Positions 25,043 to 36,986 of a stretch of 64,000 nucleotides of DNA are shown here, piece after piece. The stretch covers positions 36,395 to 100,394 of the forward strand of contig JAUCBJ010008848.1 of NCBI GenBank assembly GCA_032718475.1, read 5' to 3'. The DNA is from Nemertoderma westbladi (Eukaryota > Animalia > Xenacoelomorpha). The notes below the pieces were generated by a model, which saw only the letters and a list, made by a program, of their open reading frames with translations, did not search any database and was not told the DNA's origin. Positions within the stretch are counted from its first letter, which is position 1. Every line of letters begins with the position of its first letter. The translations under genes were made by a program, and so were the position numbers.

Positions 25043-28000
25043 TCACGTTTGGGAGTCCCTAGATGTTTGAGGAATTAGGGAGGTGGTCGTGGGAAGAGTG
25101 TCCTGTCTTCCATAGTTTCCAGAGAGTTCTCTGTCTCTTTCCAGTAAACATAAACGACCAACTGGGCGATTGAGTTGTTGCGTCTCAAAGATTATACCGG
25201 GCTTCTTGAAGTTACGCCGCATAACGATGAGTTCTACTGAACGCACTAAACCATCCTCCGAAATATGGGTCTCGATGATACGACCTGTCTGCCACCGTTT
25301 ACGTGGGAGGTCTGGATCTACAATAAGTACCATATCTCCGGCGCTGACGTTTTCCTGCTGCGCAAACCACTTAGTTCGAAGTTGTAGCGTGGGCAGGTAA
25401 TGTTTCTCGAAATGGTCAGCGAAACGACGGGATAGCAACTGCATAAGTTGCCAAGTTCGACGGCAGTATTCGTCTCCGTCGGCAATCTCCGATCGTGGGA
25501 GCATGGCTACCGGTTTCTTCAGTAGGAAGTGCGCAGGTGTTAGCGCTTCCAGGGAATCGGGACTCGATGAGACTGGCATAAGCGGTCTCTCGTTGAGATA
25601 GGCAGCTATTTCCTCCATTAACGTCCGCAAAAGTTCGTCGGTGAGATACGCACGGCATGGCACTATAAAGTGAAATGCGGTCCTTAACACTTCTAATTAA
25701 TCTCTCCCAACTTCCTCCCCACCAAGGGGCGTCGGCGGCGTTGAAGGTCCAGCTAGACGCTGTTATCCTTAGCTGGTCATCCACCTGTCTTTGGTTCCAG
25801 TCTTTTACGTAAGCCTGTATTTCGTTGTTGGCACCAATGAAGTTCGTTCCCTTGTCCGATCTCATGGTATTACTCGTACCGAAGCGAGCGATCTGTCGTC
25901 GTAAACTTAAGACGAAACTGTTGGTAGATAGATCGTTCACCATATCGAGATGGATGGCTCTGCAAGTCATGCACACGAAGATGACACACCATCTCTTGAC
26001 TATAGTCCTCGCACGATATACTTCAATAGGGCCAAATAAATCTACACCAGTATTAGTAAAAGGTGGTTCATAGAAGCTTACTCGTTCCCTAGGTAATTCT
26101 GCCTCTCGCTGTGTTAAAGGCCTACTGAATGTTTTCCTACAGGGTATGCAGTTCCTAAGAACTTGGTTCAGAGCCCTACGGGGTTTATCAAAATAATAGC
26201 GAGTTCGAATTTCGCTAAGAACTCGTTCTCTTCCAGCATGATAAAGCTTACTGTGAACATCTACAATCATCTTGATTTGTACTTCAAGATTTCTAATGAG
26301 TATGGGGAATTTAGTGTCAAAGGATAAGGGTGCATTGGTTAACCTTCCTCCAACACGTATTAACCCATCTATCATTGTGCTAGAGAATCGATCCCTTAAG
26401 CGCATCTGCGGATTTCTCAACAACAGGAAATACTTTTCGGAATCCTCATAGCATTGCAGGAGTCTCAGTATCTGTTTATTAGTCTCTTCATGCTCCTGGT
26501 GACTAATTTTCTCCTTTAGAAAACTGTCAGATATCTTATATTTAGGTAAGTTTTTAATAACATGAACTTGTGCAGATGTCAATGGAGCGTTATCACTGGT
26601 GGTCTTCGCCCTGGAGTATTGATGATGAAAGCATCTCTTTAAATATGTGACGGCTTTACAGAGCCGATTCCAGGAACTGTAGTGATGCATCGCTCTCTGC
26701 AGCAGGGGTGAGATTCCTTGCGAGACGTCTGGTATTCCAGATTTCCAATCTCTATCTCGAATTTCCGCAACAGACTTATTTATAGCGAGGGATTGTGGAT
26801 CCAAATCATCGTTTCCGGAAACATGTAATACAGATAGATCGATAGTCGGTTTAAATAACTTCGATTTACTCGCCCGGGTTTTAGGTTTGACGGTCTCCGC
26901 TCCCTTGGCTTGTCTAATTTCCGCCGTAGTAAGGTGAGGAGGCCATTCGTCCTCTTCCATGCTCAGGAAGTCGGGTCCACCCAACCAATCTGGAGTATCT
27001 ATCAGTTCCTGTGGAGTTGCTCCCCTGGAGGCGATATCGGCTGGATTAATCGTACCAGGGCAATGTCTCCATTGATCTATCTTTGTGCGACTAAGAATAA
27101 TAGCTACCCTGTTAGTAACAAAAACGCTGAACTGACAGACTTCATTGGTTAGATATTCCAACACGAGTAAAGCGTCGGTCCAATAAACCGTTTTCTCCAG
27201 TGGGTAATCGATTTGTTCCGTTACGTTCCGGCCGATGGCTGTAGCGTATAAAGCCACTTTTAACTCCGCTCGAGGAACCTTTAACTTGTTGTTAATCAGT
27301 GCCTTAGAGGTAACCAAGGCGACTTTGATCCCATCCGGAGTTTCGACTCGCAGATATGCTATTATACCTATTCCCATGTCGCTGGCGTCTCCAAACACAT
27401 GGAGTTGATAGGAATACGTCGGAAGAACGTGTCCAAAATATGCACGGGAAATGATAAAGTTCTCGATGGCAGGTAGAGAATCTTCCCATTTCATCCATTT
27501 CTTCAACAGTTCTCCCTTAAGCGGATCATCCCATGAGTGGTTTTCAAGCCACATCTGTTCTACTAAACTCCGAGCAATCAATATAACTGGGCTAATAAAT
27601 CCCAATGGGTCGAAATAAGTGCTCAGGATACTTAAACAAATCCGTTTGGTCCGGACTGGATTATCTCGCTGTTTTAGCTGAAAAAACAGGATGTCTCTTT
27701 CAGTGTCCGACTTCAAGCCTAGCGTCTTGGTTTCAGGAAGATCGTCCTTTATTAAGTCTAGGTCTTTCGCTCCGCGATCCTCTACCGGTATGGCTTCCAG
27801 AAACTCACGGGAGTTACTAGTGAATTTCGTCAGTCGAAATCCACCTCTTTTCAAACACTCTACCGTTCCTTTCGCGACAGCTATGGCTTCTTCTACTGAT
27901 GGAAGGGACCTTAAATTGTCGTCCATGTATATATTGCGTTTTATGTTGTCTATCACTTCTTTGGAGAAGGAGTCTCGGTTGTCATTCGCAGTGGTTCGCA

Positions 28001-29486
28001 CCACGGAGCAGGCGTTGGAAGGGCTAGATATGATCCCAAAACCCTGGATGGTCATCCAGTACTCTACCGGTTTCTGGTTGAGGTCTCCTTCATGCCACCA
28101 CAGAAATCTCAGGCTGTCTCTATCTCTCTCCAGTGCCTTGACTTGTAAGAACATTCCTTCGATATCGGAAGCGAACGCGATGGAATATTGTCTTAATCTC
28201 AAAAGTATTCCCAACAAAGATTGGAGTAAATTGGGTCCTGGTAACAACTCGGAATTAAGGGATTGGCCCATATATAGAGCAGAGCCATCGAATACGACTC
28301 GTACTTCATGGGGCTTACCGGGTTTGGGAACGTAATGATGTGTTAAGTAATACGTTCTCTCAGTCACTGGTGTTCCTTCCGGTACTCGCTCCGCGTATCC
28401 CTTTGTTATAAATTTCTTAAGCTGAGTTTGGTACATTTCTTTCGCTGAAGCATTAGCTGTAAGGCGTCGATGTAATTGAGCGATTCTTTTCTCGGCCAAG
28501 AGTCTGTTATTTATAAATCTAGGTTCTCGTTTTCGAAATGGCAGGCCGATTTCATACCTACCTTGATCTTTTAAAAAACGTGTAGTTGTTTCCTGGATTT
28601 GCTTGGCTCTTTCTTCTTCTATCGATAGAGCCTTATCATACGAATTGGGCTCTACAAGTTCCTGAGTAAAGAATCGTACGGCTAGTTCGTCCCGAGTTCT
28701 AGCGTTGTAGCGATCTACCTCGTCATTAAGTTCGTCATCATAAATAATGGATTCCGTTGGGTGAATCAGTTGACATAGGTTCGCTTGGTTTTCCCAAGTT
28801 TGATTCTCGGTAAGTAGGTCAATTGTGTTCTCTTCTTCGAAGAGTTGGTAGATGTCGTCATTATCTGAGGAGTATGGTGTTCCCTCAGTTAGTTCGTCCA
28901 CCTCACTGCTCTCCTCGCTCCAATCGCTCACATGATCTACTCGTACTTGTGGCATTCTCTCTTCGAGAGTCCTGCGGGAAGGGCCAGTAAAGTACCAACC
29001 TACTCTAGTTCTTACCGCATAGGTTTGCAGTGGCTGCGGTTGAGCAGGTCGTTTCTCTAATGTTTCGAGCGCCTCATGCGCGTTTTGGCCGATGAGGATT
29101 TGCACTCCAGGATAATCTGTCTGGAACCGAGGTATCTTAAGATGTTGGATGCTCTCATCTTCGTCCCAATTATAAAGGTCTGCTTGAGTAGTAGCGAAGT
29201 TCTTTATAGCCACCATTTTTACCGACCTTATACCTTGTGTTCCTAACTTATCCTGGGGAGTGGACAACACACCTAAGTAGTAATCTGCCGTTAGGGTAGA
29301 TTTCCAAACCTGCATAATTCCTGACATATTCAATTTAGTCCGGAACTTGGGTTGTCCAGCAAAAATATCTTCGGCTAGTTCTTGATCGATGAATGTTCCT
29401 GTGCTGCCGGAGTCAAGGAGGGCGTTCACTATGTAGCTTTTGTTAAGACCGTGAACTCTTACCTGAACTACAGGAAATTCTCTGAT
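25043..29486 (-). CDS. pol: B pol: aspartic protease, RT, RNase H, integrase (frameshift near 25690)
   Basis: ALLDSGS, VRVVFDGS, DIEGMFLQV, YMDD, LHVFGDAS, NPADIASRG, GVDLFGP, SDKGTNF, WGGSWERL, LNERPL. Confidence 0.95.
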
Positions 29487-32400
29487 TCATACGTTGGAAG
29501 TTGGCGTTTTCCAAGATGGTTGTTTGTCAAAAATAGTTAGGGGAAACTCATTGTTGGTGTCCTTTTCATAAGTAAGTGCTCGATACACGGCGGTATTGAT
29601 TAGATAACAGGATTCGTTGGCGTCGGAGAATTCGTCAGTATAGAATCCTTCCATCTCAGACTCCTGATCAGTGTCGTTTACATCACTGAATTGGACATGT
29701 AGTTCGGACTCACTTACCTGACTCTGCTTGTCTCGTTCGAACTCACTATGTAACAAGATGTGATGTTTCGCACCACACTTTTCACACTTTATGTCGGAGT
29801 AACAGGTTCGCCGTTGGTGTCCTGGTCTGAGGCAATTATAACATAACCGCTTGTCCCACACAACTGTACGTCTGTCTACAAGGGATTTCTTTAGAAATTC
29901 CGCACACGCACTCAAACGGTGGGTCCCGTCGCACAGCGCACAGTTAGGTTTTATGTTACTTACTTTACCTTGGGTAATCTGATGCACTCTCGTTCTTTCT
30001 TCGGGCTTTCTTCCGCGCATTCTGCTAGGAGACTGAGGAGGGGTCTTAGCAACCTGTTCTCTCCTATTGTTGGTTCGAGCCTTGTATTTACTTACGTCCT
30101 TGGAGGTTTTGTCAACATAGTAAGATCGTTCGGTGTCTTTCCCGCTGTCTTCTTCTTGAGAAGCTTGGCTTTCGCCGTCGTCAGTGTAACACACAGGTGT
30201 TACTCTTCTCCTAGAAGTGGGTTTCTCACTTACCTTATTTTCCGATGTTTTCTCTCTGGACTGCTTGATGAGTTGTAGTTTTACTTCACCATCTAAGAAA
30301 GACATGAGATCAGCCATGGTAGGACTTCGTCGTTGTTGTTCATTCATGTACAACACTTTCTTGTCCCAGCGTGTACATACTCCACCCTTTGGTAAAGTAG
30401 AGACTACGGCTCCAATAACCATGGAACTCTGATATTCATGCGACTTACCTAACCAGTCCAGTTGTCTACAGATCTCTTGAATCTCATCGGAAAACTCTAT
30501 AATCCCGCTACTAAGGAAGTGTCGAGGGGCCACTAATTTCGCATACAAATACTTAGCTATGTTATCCTTGTTACCATACCTGATGTTTAATGTATCCCAA
30601 ACTTGTCTTAATCCATCTGGATGTCCAATAAACTTTAACGCCATTAACTTGGGAGGTCCTTCCAAGCACTTGATGAGGAATCTAAGTTTCTCTCCGTTAG
30701 ATAGTACAGAGTTCTGTATGCTATCTTTGTAATATTCGTTGAAAGGTAACCATTTCATCTCATCTCCATTGAATTTGACGATCTCTCCCACTTTGACCGC
30801 TTGGCGGGCTTCTGTTCTAGCCATCTGACGCGTAAAGCTTTCTTGGGCCATCGTGTTATTTAATATCGAATTATCGGTATATAAATTTCTCGGATCATTA
30901 TCAGGTCTATAGGGAATATCATTAATAACAGGTCTATAATCACCCTTAATAGGGTTTGCTATAGGAGTTTCTACTTCACTAGCAGTATAGATGCGTGTAG
31001 GCTCCACACCTTGCGCATGTAATACTTCAGACCTAACAGGTTGACACAATGTTACAGGGGGTATTGGTATGCCCTTTTGGATATTGACTAATTTGTCGCG
31101 TTCTAGTGCGATACTTTGCTGCACTTCTTGCAACTCTGCTCTACCTTCCCTCACTGTTCCCTTAAGTTGGTGGACAGTCTCCTGCATCTGTCCTAGCAGG
31201 AGATTCATCCCCCGCCGTCCCTCCTCTACCCACTCAACCGCCGAAGCGGGAGTCGCCAACATTGTAGCGGGCTGACGCGGGACGACGGGAGACAAATCTT
31301 TGATTCCTCTCTCAATGCTCAGGACAGGGGTATTTGCATGGACTGTTCCACCGGGTACAGGCAGTGTGGTACTATGTAAAGGGAATTTAGAGTTAAGCTC
31401 TGGAAGTGCAGGGGTCTCTAGCACAGAAGTGACTTTGGGAACGACAGGCCTAATTATTTCAGGTTCATCGACTATAGTAGGGAGTCTTTTGACCTGGATA
31501 AATTGTTCTATGGGTTCTGCACTACCTAAGTCTGTGCTAGTTAGCTGTCTTTTAACAGCTGGGGGCAAATCAGGCAATTTGCGACGGTAAGATGTTTTTC
31601 TACGCCTACTTAGATGAGATCTATTTCCTCCGCCTTCAGGATCGGTGGTCTCGCCTTCCTCCGAGGATGTGTATCCCTGGCGCTTGGGAGTAGATTTTCT
31701 CATCATCTGCATTTGATTAGCAGTAAACTGTTTATTTATACTGTCTTGTGTCTCTTGCAGATTTTCCAACTCCAGTTGGATAGTCTCCTCAGAAGCTCTC
31801 CGTTCTGCTTCTGCCACTGCTGCTTTTCTTTCTGCTTCTGCTTCTGCTTCTGCCGCCTTTCTTTCGGCTTCTGCTTTTGCCGTCTTTCTTTCGGCTTCTG
31901 CTTCTGCCACCTTTCTTTCGGCTTCTGCTTCTGCCGACTTTCTTTCGGCTTCTGCTTCTGCCGCCTTTCTTTCGGCTTCTGCTTCTGCCGCTGCTGCTGC
32001 TGCCACCTTTCTTTTCTCTATCCGTTCTTTCTTTACTTGTTCTTCTCGGACTCTAGTGAGGCGGAGTTTTTCATCACAATCAGCTTGGTTTGCAGCTAAC
32101 ATTTCGGCATCGATTGAGTCCAACACAAGCTTGGTTCCTTCACTATTAGGGGAAAGTCCAGACAGCCGTCTCCTCAACTCTTCGTCTCCTAGGAATCGCT
32201 GATAGTCGGACAGATAAATGTCGATAGCGTCTCTAGTTCGCGGTTTCTCGGCGGTCTCTTCGCTTTCCGCTTGAGAAAGGGTGACATCAGTTGGGTCTTT
32301 ATAAGTTAGTCTCTCAGACAGCTGGGATTTCCACTGGTCCGTTTCTTGCACTTTGCGACCTACTCGCTGGAACCAAGTCTTAACAGAAACCTGCAGCGAC

Positions 32401-33179
32401 GTGTCCTGTCTTCTTTTGGAAGTTTCCTCAAAGGCTGATAGGATTATTCTAATACGTATGGTTCTTTCGCGTACTTGATAAAGCAGCTCTTCCTGCTCTT
32501 GAGGTCCTTGAGGTTGTCGAAACAGTTGTTCTTCTAATCGCTCTAAGGAGCCGAAGAACCCTTGCACATATCCTGCTGCCGACCTCTTCCAAACAGCTGG
32601 ATCCATTGTATCTTTAGTCACTCCCATCCGGTGTATATCCTCCCAAGTAGCTTCGGACAGATCTAACGGGAGTCCAGGTCCGGGAAAGTTCCATTGTGAC
32701 TCGACAATAGACATCAATTCTTCCCTGGCGTATCCCGCATAATTATCTTGGGTCGCTTTCTTATTCCTCGCCCAATCTGCTTGATGTTCCTCCACCGCAA
32801 TCAATATAGTGGTTAGCACTGCGACAGGAAGGGTGAGAAGAGGGTCCGAGTAGGCTGTAGCCGCCATCTGCAATCCGCGTTCGGGGGTCAGCTCGACAGT
32901 ATCTGAACTACTGGAGCTATCGGATCGCTGGGAACTAGTTTCTTGACTAGGCTGTTGCTGCTGTGGGACAGCTGCTTCCTGGTTCCGTTTGACTTGGGCC
33001 CGAGTACCTATGATGGACCTATGGTGGATTAGCTTAGGGTCTGATACTACTGGAGGGGTGACCTTTCTTGCAGTAGGAGGTGAACTGAACTCCTTTCTTA
33101 ATCGCTCTACACTCCTATCTGTGTCACAGATGGTTGTATCGATTAGACTGTCTGACAGGTTTTGCTGAGTGTCAGACAT
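29487..33179 (-). CDS. gag: B gag (coiled-coil AEAERK repeats, DUF1759-like capsid, three Zn knuckles)
   Basis: 1230 aa ORF; KFNGDEMKWLPF, EKLRFLIKCL, CALCDGTHRLSAC, CYNCLRPGHQRRTC, CEKCGAKHHILLH. Confidence 0.95.
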   Translation of the reverse strand: MSDTQQNLSDSLIDTTICDTDRSVERLRKEFSSPPTARKVTPPVVSDPKLIHHRSIIGTRAQVKRNQEAAVPQQQQPSQETSSQRSDSSSSSDTVELTPERGLQMAATAYSDPLLTLPVAVLTTILIAVEEHQADWARNKKATQDNYAGYAREELMSIVESQWNFPGPGLPLDLSEATWEDIHRMGVTKDTMDPAVWKRSAAGYVQGFFGSLERLEEQLFRQPQGPQEQEELLYQVRERTIRIRIILSAFEETSKRRQDTSLQVSVKTWFQRVGRKVQETDQWKSQLSERLTYKDPTDVTLSQAESEETAEKPRTRDAIDIYLSDYQRFLGDEELRRRLSGLSPNSEGTKLVLDSIDAEMLAANQADCDEKLRLTRVREEQVKKERIEKRKVAAAAAAEAEAERKAAEAEAERKSAEAEAERKVAEAEAERKTAKAEAERKAAEAEAEAERKAAVAEAERRASEETIQLELENLQETQDSINKQFTANQMQMMRKSTPKRQGYTSSEEGETTDPEGGGNRSHLSRRRKTSYRRKLPDLPPAVKRQLTSTDLGSAEPIEQFIQVKRLPTIVDEPEIIRPVVPKVTSVLETPALPELNSKFPLHSTTLPVPGGTVHANTPVLSIERGIKDLSPVVPRQPATMLATPASAVEWVEEGRRGMNLLLGQMQETVHQLKGTVREGRAELQEVQQSIALERDKLVNIQKGIPIPPVTLCQPVRSEVLHAQGVEPTRIYTASEVETPIANPIKGDYRPVINDIPYRPDNDPRNLYTDNSILNNTMAQESFTRQMARTEARQAVKVGEIVKFNGDEMKWLPFNEYYKDSIQNSVLSNGEKLRFLIKCLEGPPKLMALKFIGHPDGLRQVWDTLNIRYGNKDNIAKYLYAKLVAPRHFLSSGIIEFSDEIQEICRQLDWLGKSHEYQSSMVIGAVVSTLPKGGVCTRWDKKVLYMNEQQRRSPTMADLMSFLDGEVKLQLIKQSREKTSENKVSEKPTSRRRVTPVCYTDDGESQASQEEDSGKDTERSYYVDKTSKDVSKYKARTNNRREQVAKTPPQSPSRMRGRKPEERTRVHQITQGKVSNIKPNCALCDGTHRLSACAEFLKKSLVDRRTVVWDKRLCYNCLRPGHQRRTCYSDIKCEKCGAKHHILLHSEFERDKQSQVSESELHVQFSDVNDTDQESEMEGFYTDEFSDANESCYLINTAVYRALTYEKDTNNEFPLTIFDKQPSWKTPTSNV

Positions 33180-34514
33180 GTTTAGCTATACAGTTGAATG
33201 CTTACTGCTATAGTTACAGTTAAAGCAAGTCTAGTAATTCAGTATGACCGCTGGCCTAGTACCGGTAATTTATTGCAGTATATTAGAATACCGGTATGCA
33301 CTTATAATATATATAAGTATTGTAAACTAGGTTTGTCACAGAGTACCGGTATATAAATTTAGCACAGATATATATAAATATATAATAGGCCTATCGTGAA
33401 TACCGGTATACAGCTTACACTGATAGTATATATAAGTATAATTATGAACTAGAATTAATTACAGAGTACCGGTATGATTTCAGCTCAAATTTATAGAAAT
33501 AAATATAATAAGCCTATGGTAAATACCGGTATGTCAATTATTTTAGAATAATTGAATTTCTGAATATTTTAGGGTTACTTGGTTACTTTAACTTACTTTA
33601 TTACCGTTATTTAAGCAGTAGTCCAACTGATATTGAGACCTAGTTGTTGTATGGCAGGCCTACTATTTATAAATCGTTTGAGTTGATTTATAATAGATAT
33701 ATACCCGTTTAAAATGGGTTTGTCAATACTTGAAATAAATGTTATTATTTCTGGGGGGTCACTACACAGAAGCTGTGCGCTCTCAGTGAAGTGCTATTTA
33801 TTTGACACTAAAACTGATAATTCTAATTTACCTAAGTTACTTAATACTACAAATTACTTACGATACGGGTGAGATTAAATCTCTAATTAAACACAACAAA
33901 AAATATTACGTACGAATTTTTAGGGTAATTTTACAGGAAGTCTACAAACCAGCCTAACAAAGGGTTAGAATTCTGGTTATTACAATGGACAGGGTACTAC
34001 GGTATTTGAAAATAATAAGTAGTAGTAAATACACTGCGTTGTCCAGATAGGGAAATACCACCGCCTGACGACCTATAACCGTATCGCTATAGGTACTACG
34101 TTATGTATCACGGATTGTTCCTACCTAGAAGTTAATAGAGCTAACGAATGTGCCTATCAACCACTTTACAACACAAATATACTGCCTACACACTAATTAC
34201 TTCGGAAAGCACTGTACACTAAACCCTAAATTAGGTACAAGTACCGGTATAACCAATAATCAGTAGTTAAATATACTTGAACAGTTAAAAGAACCACGGC
34301 ATCTGCTGAAGTGACCAGAGCACAAAGTCACCAGTCTTGTCCTACGCCAAGCAGCCCGTGTAGTACCGGGGTTAATTTAACTATAACGGTATGTATAACA
34401 AGCACAATTACTGTAGGAATAAACTTGGGGACATGAATGTTGCGAATAATCGCATAAACTCTGAATAATAAATATTACGCTACCCGTACAGAATACTCAA
34501 ACAAAATACAAACC

Positions 34515-35030
34515 AAACGCTGGCAGACTACCACCAAGCCTAAATAAACTACCGTACGTGTAGATTCTGAAATGGTTAGTTAGTATGCGTTCTAACACGG
34601 TAGTACGACTTATTCTTTAAGAGGGGATTGACCTTACAGCATATGGCTGCCCCAACTTACTAACCTTTTATCAGACAAACTCCACACACACAGCAATCTC
34701 TTCAGACCTAATAATAGCTAGACAACAATCCAGCCTACAAAATATCTGAGTAATAACTATTACGGTACCTGAACAGACCACACAAACAAACACAGACTAA
34801 AACGCTGGCAGACTACGATCAAGCCTAAATAAACTACAGTATATGCAGATTCTGAAATAGTTAGTTAGTATGCGTTCTAACACGGTAGTACGACTTATTC
34901 TTTAAGAGGGGATTGACCTTACAGCATATGGCTGCCCCAACTTACTAACGGCACTTTATCAGACAAACTCTACACACGCCGTAATCTCTCCAAACCCAAC
35001 AACAGTCAGACAGCAGCTCAGCCTACAATT
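34515..35030. repeat. ~285 bp imperfect tandem duplication in the B 5' leader
   Basis: aaacgctggcagactac...gcatatggctgccccaacttactaac...agcctacaa occurs twice. Confidence 0.88.
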
Positions 35031-35389
35031 ATCTGAACAATCTGAGCAGACTTACACGTCTTCAGCTCAATATTTACTTACTAGGAAATAAAACCGACAG
35101 AAATAAGTAAAATCTCAATAAAAACCAGGGCGGCCGTCCCTGATAAATACTAAGACCTTACCGGTATACAATAATCAAATTCGAATAATACTAATGTACT
35201 TATACAGCAGTACCGGTTAGGACATTAGGGCCTACAGACCTACAGAAGTACCGGTTCTGGCAGTTGGACCTACGGACCTACAGCAGTACCGGTTCTGGCA
35301 GTTGGGCCTACTGACCTACAGAAGTACCGGTTCAGGTTTACCGGTCACTACGGTATTTTGCAACCTTATTGCTTACTGCAATAAGATCG

Positions 35390-35400
35390 ATAACTGTTAT
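35390..35400 (-). promoter_or_regulatory. Non-tRNA primer-binding site of B (ATAACAGTTAT)
   Basis: Abuts the 5' LTR; exactly complementary to the minus-strand LTR sequence at 36126-36136. Confidence 0.65.
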
Positions 35401-36568
35401 TGTTCGCGCTTTTGAAGACCTTTAGCAGTTTAACCTGCCAAAATTTATATGTCTTTTAGTTAATTAAACCACCCTTAGCATACGACAATATTTTATGCTA
35501 ATAAACAAAACATTAACCGAAGCCAGCCCATGCGCGATCATTCACCCGATGGATACACCCGGGAGGCTGAATTCGGCTGCTTAAATTTTATTATTGCAGT
35601 GTAAGGTTGCAGTGTAAACCTACTGTATTATTCGATTGATCACTAATAATTAATTTCTGACAGATATTATTGGCTTTCGGGAAATATTAACAGTTCCTTT
35701 AGGACGTGGCGCTCTATCTATTTAAACAGAGCTAGGACTTATACTAAACGCAACGATACTGCTTATGATTAAAGTATAAGGCGAATTCTTTAGGAAATGC
35801 TTTGTTACCAATCACAATCATGCACACTATTCTGCCGACCGTCAGTAAATTTGATCACACATAAAGAGAGCAGCAATTGACTCATGTAGGGTCTGCTAAA
35901 TAACATTAGATTCAATACACACCACATTGATATAAATCGCAATTGTTATATATAGCCTGTCTCTCTAACCTGTAGTGTATCAAGAAAATTGGGAAATTTG
36001 GGTGATTTATCCGTATTCTCCAAAGGGCAATATTTCATCAACAAATAGATACAATTAATAACTGACGGTAAATAACAGTACAAACAATATGATTAATAGT
36101 GAGTTAATTAGATCAGTTAGATTAGATAACAGTTATACTTTCGATAATTTAAGCAGTTTTACTAGAGTTGTTCCAAAAGCCGGTGTTATGGCGAAATATG
36201 GGAACACAACAACAGAAACATGTGACTACTTGACTATACGAGGACACCAACTACCCTTATTCCCCGAAGCTCCCGTCCAACACAGAGGATGAGCATACAG
36301 ATAGGAAATTCAGTTCAGTAGCTCTGGGATAGGTCAAAATCAACGCCCACTCAAATTCTATTGGCCGATACGGACAGCAGGGCTGAGGCAACCTCCCTAA
36401 GCTGGTTGGCCGATCGAACAGAACCCAGATACCTTCGTACAGCACATCAGCCAATAAGCTGGTAGCTTGCACTATTTTAGCTATAGATCCCTTTTAGAGT
36501 ATTCTAGCGACCGGGGGGGAACTGGCCAGCAAGGCAAACGAATCAGTTATCCCACAAAAGCTTTTACA
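35401..36568 (-). repeat. 5' LTR of B
   Basis: Direct repeat of 20698-21865, upstream of gag on the minus strand. Confidence 0.97.
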
Positions 36569-36986
36569 ACAAGGCCGATTTTCTTTTCCAAAAAAATTTA
36601 TTGGTAGGCTCGCAAGCCTTCCATCCGCTCTTGTCCTCCCCAATTTTAATTTTTATCTAGTTGTATTCTAGAATTCGCATTCACTGGAGAATCAATTTTC
36701 TTAAATTTAAATCCAACTGAATGGATTTGTCTAATAATTTTTGAAAAATTGTCTCACTTGTGGGTTCCAAGTGGAATTCCATTCCTACTGTACACACAAT
36801 CCCGCTCCTATGTGATACATAAGGGTACTACCCTCCTTGTTCACATATAAAGACAATGGAATTCCACCGCTGTCTCTATCTACAGTGAAGAGGATTACTA
36901 ATGCACATACAGTAATACAAAATACTAAATTACTAAAATACGGTAAGTCTATGTGGCGGCCATCAAGGGTCCCACATCTCTATTTT

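Larger units (their letters stand above)
20698..36568 (-). mobile_element. Full-length young BEL/Pao LTR retrotransposon B (15.9 kb)
   Basis: 1168-bp TG...CA LTRs with about 3 substitutions seen by eye; TSD ACAAG (20693-20697, 36569-36573); PPT GGGAGCGG (minus) at 21866-21873. Confidence 0.97.
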
